IMG/VR virus record: IMGVR_UViG_3300020045_010131
Location: 1-34,613 of that record
Reading direction: 5' to 3' (one strand)
Source of the DNA: a virus
Taxonomy: Duplodnaviria > Caudoviricetes
DNA length: 34,613 nt
Under the pieces are notes generated by a model. That model ran no database searches, was not told the origin of the DNA, and worked only from the letters and a program-made list of their open reading frames with translations. This document shows positions 8,414-15,290 of the stretch, in pieces; the stretch's first letter is position 1; every line of letters begins with the position of its first letter. A program made the translations under genes and the position numbers.

Positions 8414-8613
8414 GCTTGTTCGTATTTATTTTTATCAACCAAAGCCCTTTCATGTGTATCAATAACATTCTTTGCTGCTTGTATGGTGGCTAAACAAATG
8501 TAGGATAACTTTTTACCATCTTTAAATATGGCATAGTTCTTTGCATGGTAATAAGCGTTATTCTCCATTACAATATCGTAGCCTTTATATTCTTCTTTTC
8601 TACTCCTGTACAT
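8410..8613 (-). CDS. Hypothetical protein
   Basis: Tightly packed operon ORF. Confidence 0.7.
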   Translation of the reverse strand: MYRSRKEEYKGYDIVMENNAYYHAKNYAIFKDGKKLSYICLATIQAAKNVIDTHERALVDKNKYEQA

Positions 8614-8615
8614 CT

Positions 8616-8840
8616 TTATGGAAATTTACTGAATTTTTTATGGTCAAACATTTCCTCCTTAACTTGTGCAAACTCTTGTGGTGGCTCTGAGTGTCTGTAC
8701 AGCCCCATCAGGTTTCTGTTTTGATAAACTTTGTTTTTAGTAATACCTAACCTCAAGGCTAACTTTTGGTCACTCATACTTCTATAGTTAAGCCTTAAAA
8801 ACTCTTGCTCTGCTTCTGTTAATGTTACTTCTTTTGGCAT
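8616..8840 (-). CDS. Small HTH DNA-binding protein
   Basis: TEAEQEFLRLNY...SDQKLALRLGITKNKVYQNRNLMGL HTH pattern. Confidence 0.75.
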   Translation of the reverse strand: MPKEVTLTEAEQEFLRLNYRSMSDQKLALRLGITKNKVYQNRNLMGLYRHSEPPQEFAQVKEEMFDHKKFSKFP

Positions 8841-8844
8841 TGGG

Positions 8845-9471
8845 TTATTTTGAATATTTTCTAATTACAGTTTCTAAATCCGAATGGCTAATACGATTAA
8901 CCTTATACCTTTCATTTTCTATTTGAGATATGGTAAACTCATCTGTTTCTGATACAAGAAAAGACCTGTACTGTTGGTAAGCTAATCCTGTTGGGTTTTT
9001 ATCCATATCATTATTACACCATGTACAGCCAGCCCTGCAAGTAAATTCGGAATACCTCTGTGAATATATAGCCCTTGATACAAAATGAAGGTTCTGTATT
9101 ATCGTATTGCCTTGATTATCTTTATCTTTTAAGCCATAAACCTTACCACAGCACACGCATTTTACCTTCCCCATAACTGAATCTCTGTTCCTAACCCAAC
9201 GGCTAAACACTTCATCCGCTTTTACCATAAGCGATTTTAAGGCGATTTTAGGCTGGTTATTTTCTTTTTGAGCATTATGTACCTCTCGGCTATTTTTATT
9301 CAAAATTTGAGCCTTGTATGAGTTTGTAGCCTTATTTGTAGCATAACGTGGTAATGAAGCCAGTTTTTCGGGCAAACAAGATTTACCAGCGTAACCGGCA
9401 TAACCCATCTTTTTAGGCTTACCGCATCCGCACTTACAAGGTTTAGTTTTTATCGTGGAGTTAAAAGCCAT
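8845..9471 (-). CDS. NinG/Rap-like recombination endonuclease
   Basis: ADEVFSRWVRNRD...CVCCG...HFVSR...RY...CTWCN matches the NinG pattern; extra N-terminal CKCGCG. Confidence 0.8.
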   Translation of the reverse strand: MAFNSTIKTKPCKCGCGKPKKMGYAGYAGKSCLPEKLASLPRYATNKATNSYKAQILNKNSREVHNAQKENNQPKIALKSLMVKADEVFSRWVRNRDSVMGKVKCVCCGKVYGLKDKDNQGNTIIQNLHFVSRAIYSQRYSEFTCRAGCTWCNNDMDKNPTGLAYQQYRSFLVSETDEFTISQIENERYKVNRISHSDLETVIRKYSK

Positions 9472-10139
9472 TAGTTTATTTTTATTAAAAATTCATAAAG
9501 TTTTTTATTCCACCTTGCATCAGACAAGGCGTTATGTTCATTTTCTTGCTTTGGATATAATGGATGGTCTTTAGCCCATTGCTGTGCTTCGTTATAATCT
9601 TTTGGATACCATTTATCTCCTGCCGAATGAGTGCCTACCCCTACTGATAGAACCTTATCTGCCGCATCGTCAATATATTGCTTTAAATCTTTGCAATACA
9701 TTGGGAAGCCTTTTGGTAAATCAATCATCCTGCCAAATAGCGAGCAAAATAAAACCCAATCGTAATCTGCATAATAGCCATAAAATTCAAGTTCAGGTTC
9801 TGCCATATTGTGTAGAAATAATTCAGGGTTACAGAAATGTTTTATTTCTTCTGCAATCTGCTTGTTTGATTTACCATTTGGGATACACTTATGAAAATGT
9901 TCTGCATTAATATGATTACGCTTGTCACCGCTTATTTCTTGTGTGTACATTGGAATAATAACATTTTTCTGCACCCACTCATCAGCATCTTTATACCGAT
10001 ATTCATTACTGATAGCATAATACTCTCTGCCTTCTTCGGCAACAATACCAATAGAAATCAAATCAATAAAGTGTCTTTTTTTACCAAATAAAGGCTTTTT
10101 AAATCCTTCAATAAATTCTGTGTCAATAAAGTATTTCAT
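9471..10139 (-). CDS. DEDDh 3'-5' exoribonuclease (Rv2179c/RNase AS-like)
   Basis: YFIDTEF, LISIGIV, WVQKNV, YYADYDWV and HNALSDARW motifs. Confidence 0.88.
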   Translation of the reverse strand: MKYFIDTEFIEGFKKPLFGKKRHFIDLISIGIVAEEGREYYAISNEYRYKDADEWVQKNVIIPMYTQEISGDKRNHINAEHFHKCIPNGKSNKQIAEEIKHFCNPELFLHNMAEPELEFYGYYADYDWVLFCSLFGRMIDLPKGFPMYCKDLKQYIDDAADKVLSVGVGTHSAGDKWYPKDYNEAQQWAKDHPLYPKQENEHNALSDARWNKKLYEFLIKIN

Positions 10140-10201
10140 AATTTTTATTTTTTTATCCTATTAAAATATTAATCCAGTTAACTCCAAAAGAGAAGTAAGG
10201 G

Positions 10202-10489
10202 TTAACGTGCTAAATGCTCAAAACGGGTAATTTGTTTTTTCACTGCCTCTTTCATTGTATCTGTAAGTTTTAGGTTTAATAAAACCCATCTTAGGTATGA
10301 CATATCTTCTACGTCCTTTACAGGGTGTCCTTTGTATTTACCAAAAAAGAATGTAGGTTCTTTCCCCTGCGGAATATTCTTTATGAAAGTATCGCATTTC
10401 ATACAACGTGCTACATTGTTGTTAGCCTTCATTTCTGTGTAGTAATCAGTTCCAATGTCACCACACTTTGGGCAAAGTAAATCTTGCAT
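10202..10489 (-). CDS. Zn-ribbon plus FGKYKG-domain (DUF3820-like) protein
   Basis: CPKCG and CMKC pairs; FFGKYKG...YLRW. Confidence 0.75.
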   Translation of the reverse strand: MQDLLCPKCGDIGTDYYTEMKANNNVARCMKCDTFIKNIPQGKEPTFFFGKYKGHPVKDVEDMSYLRWVLLNLKLTDTMKEAVKKQITRFEHLAR

Positions 10490-10506
10490 AATCGTGTTTT
10501 TTATAG

Positions 10507-11079
10507 TTAATAATTAAATTCAAATCTTGCTTCTGTTGCTTTCCTTATAGCCCTTTCAATGACTTCATCTGTTGCGTAACTATCCTTATAATCTATAAAA
10601 TATAAAGGTTTATACGATTGCTTTGGGCTATGAAGTAATAAAACAGCTTTTGACTGTGTTATACTTTTGACAACATTATGCTTGGCCTTACAGCTACAAT
10701 ATATTCTTTTACCAGCTTCATCATATTCTTCAATTTTACCGCACTTGCTACAAGCATAGTATTGGGAAGGAACGTAAACGTTGGTAGGATTAGTATTAGG
10801 TAAACCAATTAGTTCAATAACATAACAATCAGAAAGTAATGCTAACTTCTTACATTTTAAACTCTCTTTATAATTTAAAGTTTTAGGTTTTATTTCGGCG
10901 TAAATCCTGAAATCAGGTAAATAAAAATCAGGCAAATACATTAACCCATTACCTAAATCAAAACCTTCTTTTTCGTATTCCCAAGTTACACCTAATTCAT
11001 CAAAATAAACTGCATATCTTGCTTCAAGCCTTGAGCGAAAAAGATGATTACCGTATCTTGTATCAATTGCTTTTATCAT
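10507..11079 (-). CDS. PD-(D/E)XK endonuclease
   Basis: FRSRLEARYA...WEYEKEGF...YLPDFYLP...EIKP. Confidence 0.85.
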   Translation of the reverse strand: MIKAIDTRYGNHLFRSRLEARYAVYFDELGVTWEYEKEGFDLGNGLMYLPDFYLPDFRIYAEIKPKTLNYKESLKCKKLALLSDCYVIELIGLPNTNPTNVYVPSQYYACSKCGKIEEYDEAGKRIYCSCKAKHNVVKSITQSKAVLLLHSPKQSYKPLYFIDYKDSYATDEVIERAIRKATEARFEFNY

Positions 11080-11081
11080 AA

Positions 11082-12953
11082 TTAAAATGGTAATTCTGTA
11101 GATTCTAAATTATCGTTTTCTTTGTACGGTTTCCAATTTTGTTGTGGCGGTACTATTGCCGGTGCTGTTTCAAAAGAAATATCTCTTTTATTAAGCTGCG
11201 CTCTCAATGGGTCAATTGTATTAAAAACAAATCTCCTAATATTGAAATTCATTTCAAATAAGAAAAATCCTTTTTTACCTACTGTTTTTTGTCTGCGTAT
11301 TTTTTTACTATGAAATTCGCAAGTAGGGTTAGGGGGGTCTGATTGAGCGAAAGGTCTATGGTAAACTAAAATATTATCCATTTTGTTATTCCACATAGCG
11401 CCATCGTTAACATCAAACACATCAGGGCATTCATAGTTACCATCACCTCCTTTTTTCATTAACTTAGGATGAGCTATTATCCAAAAATAAACATCATTCA
11501 TTTGAGCAAACCTACCGAATATGGATAGTACCCATTCAAGATATTTATCAGTCCTACCTGACTTACCATAATCATTTGTCATTTGGTTAAATGGGTCAAT
11601 ATCAACACCATCAATTTTCTCCTTAATTATCAACTCTAAAAATATTTCCATTACATACGTTGGCGTAGGTTCTACATCTTTGGGGTAAACATAAAAAATA
11701 TGCTTTGAAACCCAATCATAAACGTATTCATAAGTCTGTCTTGAAGGTCTATTAGGATTAGCAGGGGTGCAATCACAGCCTAAAAGTATTTCAACATAAT
11801 CATGGTAGTATTCTTCTGGTGGGTTATCTTCCGGCGAAAAGGATGCAAATTTTTCCCCGTACATAAGCACTCTCATACAATGATACCATTTTTTAAAAGA
11901 AGATTTACCGTAGTTACCTATACCAGTAAGCAATGTTATCTCGCCTCTTTTGGGTTTAAAATGATAATCAAGCTCTGGTATAGAAAGTCCATCAACCCTG
12001 TTGTATCCGTTATCGTACAAATCCATTGCTTTATCCTTAACATCAACTCCGTAAATAACATCCTTCGGTCTAATCCCTTCGTCAAAAATTGTTGGGTCAA
12101 GTTTTATTTCTTGTCTTGTAACCCTATCAACTAAAATTTCTTTTTCAAATGATGCACTACCATATCTGGCTGAATTAGCCTTATAAGCACTCCTAATTGT
12201 TCGTTCAGCCTCTTTACTTGAAAACTGTGAGTTAACTAAAAATTCAACCCCTATAAAGTGTACACATGACATTTCGTTTATACCGAACTTGCAGCAAGCA
12301 GATGCTAATTTAAAAATAAAATTATTGCGCTCTCCGGTAACAAACGCTTCGTTTTTATTTGAAAGCCAAACTACAAGTTTTTTAAAAATATCTTCTTCAT
12401 CAAGATTTACCTGTTGTTTTTCGTAAACTTTTTCCGTCTTTTTTATTTTACCAAATACCTTAGATTCTTTGTTGATGTATATTTCAGGGTCGTAGCTTTC
12501 ATAGCAAACTCTCGATTCATTTTTACCGCTATCGTCACAAGTAGGGAAAACTTCTTTTAAAGCAGCAAAATGTTCCCTATGCTTTCCCCCATCTGCTATT
12601 TTTATGAGTATTTTTAACCCATTACCAGAGGGGCTAACCCAGCAGGAATAAACAATATCTTTGCTTATTATTTCTGTTTGAGCATCCCTTAAATTCTCAA
12701 TATTGTCTAAATCCAAAACAATAAAACCGCTATGCTTAGTTAAACAATTATCCTTCCTTTCTTTTGTAAATGTTCCACTAAACAATACAGCCGGTAGGTT
12801 TGATTTCAAAGATTGCCTTTTTTCCTTATCAATAGTTGTTCGGATTTCTTCGCACAGGGCTTTACTGTTACCTTTGGCTATACGGTCTAATGCCTTATCA
12901 ACCTCTATGTAAAAAGGCTCTTTTGAGTAAATATTTTTAAAAACAGTAATCAT
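11082..12953 (-). CDS. Primase-helicase (BT4734/VirE-N-like primase domain, PriCT, SF4 helicase)
   Basis: KSNLPAVLFSGTF, HSGFIVLDLD, SPSGNGLK, GERNN, Walker A TGIGNYGKS, IDPFN, IAHPK. Confidence 0.88.
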   Translation of the reverse strand: MITVFKNIYSKEPFYIEVDKALDRIAKGNSKALCEEIRTTIDKEKRQSLKSNLPAVLFSGTFTKERKDNCLTKHSGFIVLDLDNIENLRDAQTEIISKDIVYSCWVSPSGNGLKILIKIADGGKHREHFAALKEVFPTCDDSGKNESRVCYESYDPEIYINKESKVFGKIKKTEKVYEKQQVNLDEEDIFKKLVVWLSNKNEAFVTGERNNFIFKLASACCKFGINEMSCVHFIGVEFLVNSQFSSKEAERTIRSAYKANSARYGSASFEKEILVDRVTRQEIKLDPTIFDEGIRPKDVIYGVDVKDKAMDLYDNGYNRVDGLSIPELDYHFKPKRGEITLLTGIGNYGKSSFKKWYHCMRVLMYGEKFASFSPEDNPPEEYYHDYVEILLGCDCTPANPNRPSRQTYEYVYDWVSKHIFYVYPKDVEPTPTYVMEIFLELIIKEKIDGVDIDPFNQMTNDYGKSGRTDKYLEWVLSIFGRFAQMNDVYFWIIAHPKLMKKGGDGNYECPDVFDVNDGAMWNNKMDNILVYHRPFAQSDPPNPTCEFHSKKIRRQKTVGKKGFFLFEMNFNIRRFVFNTIDPLRAQLNKRDISFETAPAIVPPQQNWKPYKENDNLESTELPF

Positions 12954-13717
12954 GCAGTTCTTTTTTTAGCAGCCTCTCTTTGTTGAAGTAAATTCTTTTG
13001 ATAATCGGACATTTCAAACTTAACGGGCGATGTACCTTTTTTCTTGTACCAATGATACCAATGTCTTTTTAATTCTTTCAAATCTTTAAAATCATCTTTT
13101 ATTTCAAGTTCTTTCAAAAACTCATTCATTTGAACAAGCAACAAAGCCTTAGTTAATCCAAATTCCGTACACTGTTTCATTTGCCATTGCTCCGATATTA
13201 AGAATTGCCTTTTTTCGCTTTCCCATGTTCCATTGTCCAAAATTTCAACAATCGGCTGTATTAATTCTATTTCTTCTTTACTTTCTAATTCTTCTTTTAT
13301 ATGTTCAATTGGCGTTCTATCATTGTTCAATTGCTGTTCAATTGCTGTTCTATTGCTGTTCAATTGCTGTTCACTGTTATCCTTTTTAGATTGATAAGTA
13401 TCATAATTACAAACAGTTACGATTGAAAAAGTGCTGTTCACATCTATTTTTATTTGACCTAAATCCTCAAATTTTTGCATTTGCCTATAAATCGTAGAAC
13501 CAGATATAGAAAGTTCTTCTTCAGCTTTAATCCTGCCAAATATAAATTGCCCCCTTTCAACTTTAATTGAACTTACTCCTAATCCAACCTTTAAAGGCAC
13601 AAAAGAAGCCTTGTAATTAGCCTTTAAAAGCATCCATACCCATATCTTTAATGAAACCGGATTAGCAAAAGCATAGCTATCTAAAATACCACGGTGAATC
13701 TTAATCCAGTCTGACAT
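12950..13717 (-). CDS. Phage replication initiator (lambda O / replisome-organizer-like)
   Basis: MSDWIKIHR...LLKAN...RGQF...TVCNYDTYQ N-terminus; internal repeats; adjacent to the helicase. Confidence 0.8.
   Translation of the reverse strand: MSDWIKIHRGILDSYAFANPVSLKIWVWMLLKANYKASFVPLKVGLGVSSIKVERGQFIFGRIKAEEELSISGSTIYRQMQKFEDLGQIKIDVNSTFSIVTVCNYDTYQSKKDNSEQQLNSNRTAIEQQLNNDRTPIEHIKEELESKEEIELIQPIVEILDNGTWESEKRQFLISEQWQMKQCTEFGLTKALLLVQMNEFLKELEIKDDFKDLKELKRHWYHWYKKKGTSPVKFEMSDYQKNLLQQREAAKKRTA
13302..13372. repeat. 11-bp tandem iterons (TGTTC[A/T]ATTGC, about 6.5 copies), putative replication origin
   Basis: Units start at 13302, 13313, 13324, 13335, 13346, 13357 and 13368, inside the initiator gene. 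Confidence 0.8.
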
Positions 13718-13736
13718 ATTGGTTTAAAAAGTCAAT

Positions 13737-13866
13737 GGCTTAACCCCGTTGCCGTTGCAAAACAAGTTATCTCCCTGTGAAGGTAGAAAACAAAGCAACA
13801 GGGTTAAGCCCGTTATAAAAAATTAAATGTATGTTGTAATTGAAATCATTGGATAACTTGTTTTGC
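13737..13866 (-). promoter_or_regulatory. Structured 5' leader with interleaved inverted repeats
   Basis: 13737-13746 pairs with 13801-13810; 13757-13771 pairs perfectly (15 bp) with 13852-13866. Confidence 0.7.
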
Positions 13867-13871
13867 TGGAG

Positions 13872-13902
13872 TAAAAGTAATACTTATTTCTATAAAACCA
13901 AA
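13872..13902 (-). promoter_or_regulatory. Promoter of the replication operon
   Basis: TTTG-N19-TACTTTTA. Confidence 0.6.
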
Positions 13903-13927
13903 TAATTCTAAAAGTATTTTTTAAAAA

Positions 13928-14182
13928 TCAGCATTGCTCTCCTTGTTGGGATAGGTTAGAAGTATCGGTTGGGTACATTTCATTTAACCTCTTTTTAAGC
14001 ATTCTTACGTGACGATCTTTTTTAGTTTCTTGTAGTGATTGCCAAAGAATAAAATAAAAGCAGGGGTAAAAGAATAATACCCACCAGTTAACTTTACCCA
14101 CGTAGCATGGTACAATTGAAACTAAGGTTATAATGATGTATGCTATGTTAGTTTCTTTACTAACCCAAATTTTCTTTGCCAT
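13928..14182 (-). CDS. Small membrane protein (2 TM)
   Basis: Two hydrophobic stretches followed by a basic tail. Confidence 0.7.
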   Translation of the reverse strand: MAKKIWVSKETNIAYIIITLVSIVPCYVGKVNWWVLFFYPCFYFILWQSLQETKKDRHVRMLKKRLNEMYPTDTSNLSQQGEQC

Positions 14183-14188
14183 GTTTAT

Positions 14189-14356
14189 TTATTGTTTTTT
14201 AGGTTTAATGTAAAAGATAGCTATGGTGTAACCGTTTAAATATTTTTTTGTCAATGATGTAAATTCTTTCAATACCTCAATAGGTTGAATTAATGATTGA
14301 TAAGTCTCTCCCCCATCTAACGTCCAAACCTCAATAAAGTGTGTTGCTCCTTCCAT
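14189..14356 (-). CDS. Hypothetical protein (55 aa, MEGATHFIEVWTLDGG...)
   Basis: Open frame with an A-rich TIR filling the gap between the ncRNA array and the next gene; below the ORF-track cutoff. Confidence 0.6.
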   Translation of the reverse strand: MEGATHFIEVWTLDGGETYQSLIQPIEVLKEFTSLTKKYLNGYTIAIFYIKPKKQ

Positions 14357-14374
14357 TAGTTATTTGTTTTTGTA

Positions 14375-14553
14375 TCTTTTTTATCTATGTGCTTGAAAAG
14401 TGATGGGATCGAACCAAAAGGCGACTTTCGTCTTTTCTACAACCATTATCTTTAAGATGAAGGGAATCGAACCCTTGACACTTCCACAGTGACCGCTGAG
14501 TCGAACAGCGTACCTACCAATTGTTAAATTTCAAGACACATAGATAAAAAAGA
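14375..14553 (-). ncRNA. Structured RNA A: 24-bp closing stem enclosing three T-loop (TTCGA) hairpins
   Basis: 14375-14398 pairs with 14529-14553 (one bulge). Inside are CGCTG-TTCGACT-CAGCG, AAGGG-TTCGATT-CCCTT, TGG-TTCGATC-CCA and a GAC-GAAA-GTC hairpin. Confidence 0.75.
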
Positions 14554-14567
14554 ACTGTTTTTTAAAA

Positions 14568-14748
14568 TTGATTGAAGTACTGTGTGGCTATTTTCCTATG
14601 ACTACTCTGCATCCGGCGTGGTATGGGGTACAACTTATTTCACCAAAAACCCACCTTCGACCACTCAATTGTTATCCTGTTGTTTTTCTCCTTAGCTTTC
14701 GAGTAAATAGCTGCATTTTTCATTGGACACACAGTACATTTCAATCAA
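14568..14748 (-). ncRNA. Structured RNA D: 19-bp closing stem plus inner GCTATTT/AAATAGC stem
   Basis: 14568-14586 pairs with 14728-14748 (2-nt bulge). Confidence 0.6.
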
Positions 14749-14782
14749 AGTATGCTTGAACAAAGTTTAAAAATATAAAATA

Positions 14783-14884
14783 CAGTAGTTGGATGTACTG
14801 GTTCACCTATGGATTTTCCAGTCGTTATTACCCACATCCCAATGACAAAGAGGATTAGGAAAAACCAATACACCCATACTACTG
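14783..14884 (-). ncRNA. Structured RNA E: long irregular hairpin
   Basis: Nested pairs CAGTAGT/ACTACTG, TGGGTGTA/TACATCCA, TGGTT/AACCA, CCTA/TAGG. Confidence 0.5.
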
Positions 14885-14900
14885 GTAAAATAAAACCATC

Positions 14901-14998
14901 TGGACGATATGGCGGAATCGAACCTGACCACCTCCTGCCCCGATAGGTCAATTAAACCTATCGGGCAAGTGTTACTACCTAATTAAACTAATATCGTC
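14901..14998 (-). ncRNA. tRNA-like RNA B with an extended anticodon arm
   Basis: Acceptor GACGATAT/ATATCGTC ending ...CCA; D-region TAGTTTAATTAGGTAGTAAC; T-loop GG-TTCGATT-CC; anticodon arm replaced by a ~15-bp hairpin. Confidence 0.7.
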
Positions 14999-15034
14999 AA
15001 TTTAAAACATTAAGTACAATACAAAGAACTAAAA

Positions 15035-15238
15035 TACTGGCTGTCCATTTCTAAGTGGAGTAAAAATCCATACGCTCTTACCTCTGAGCTACATCTTCAT
15101 CAGACGGCACTTTTCGATTGTTGCGACCTTATGGGTATCTTACCTTACAATAAACAAACGCACTCTTAGCAGTGCTGCACATCTTATACTCTTTTATTGA
15201 GCAAATTCCACTGTGCTGTTTATCTTCAGCAGCCAATA
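15035..15238 (-). ncRNA. Structured RNA C: multi-hairpin RNA containing a tRNA D-arm plus anticodon-arm module
   Basis: Closing stem TATTGGCTG/CAGCCAGTA; internal hairpins; GTAGCTCAGAGGTAAGAGCG followed by TGGA-TTTTTAC-TCCA. Confidence 0.6.
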
Positions 15239-15243
15239 ATTTA

Positions 15244-15287
15244 AAAGAACTAAAATAAATCTTTTTGCACTAACCTCTTACCTGTTA
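15244..15287 (-). promoter_or_regulatory. boxB-like hairpin plus boxA-like AGTTCTTT (further copies at 15023-15030 and 14549-14556)
   Basis: TATTTTAGTTCTTT is repeated exactly at 15244-15257 and 15023-15036; each AGTTCTTT copy lies at or just before the 5' end of a structured element. Confidence 0.55.
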
Positions 15288-15290
15288 AAG

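Noticed and set aside
13302-13372. CRISPR array
   Set aside because: 11-bp head-to-tail repeats without spacers, inside a coding sequence
14860-14900. Theta/HDV-like ribozyme downstream of the tRNA-like element
   Set aside because: No nested double-pseudoknot pattern visible after the CCA
14568-14951. ORFs 14568..14759 (+) and 14745..14951 (-)
   Set aside because: Non-ATG starts, atypical composition, and they coincide with strongly base-paired RNA elements
15044-15108. Hammerhead-like CTGATGA...GAAA in element C (minus strand)
   Set aside because: The flanks (CCGT/ATGG) pair directly with each other, leaving no stem I or separate cleavage triplet, and the conserved G-C pair opening stem II is missing
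15160-15175. Hairpin GCACT-GCTAAG-AGTGC with CTA in the loop as a possible amber suppressor for the MTase TAG
   Set aside because: 6-nt loop, no U33 and no tRNA body around it
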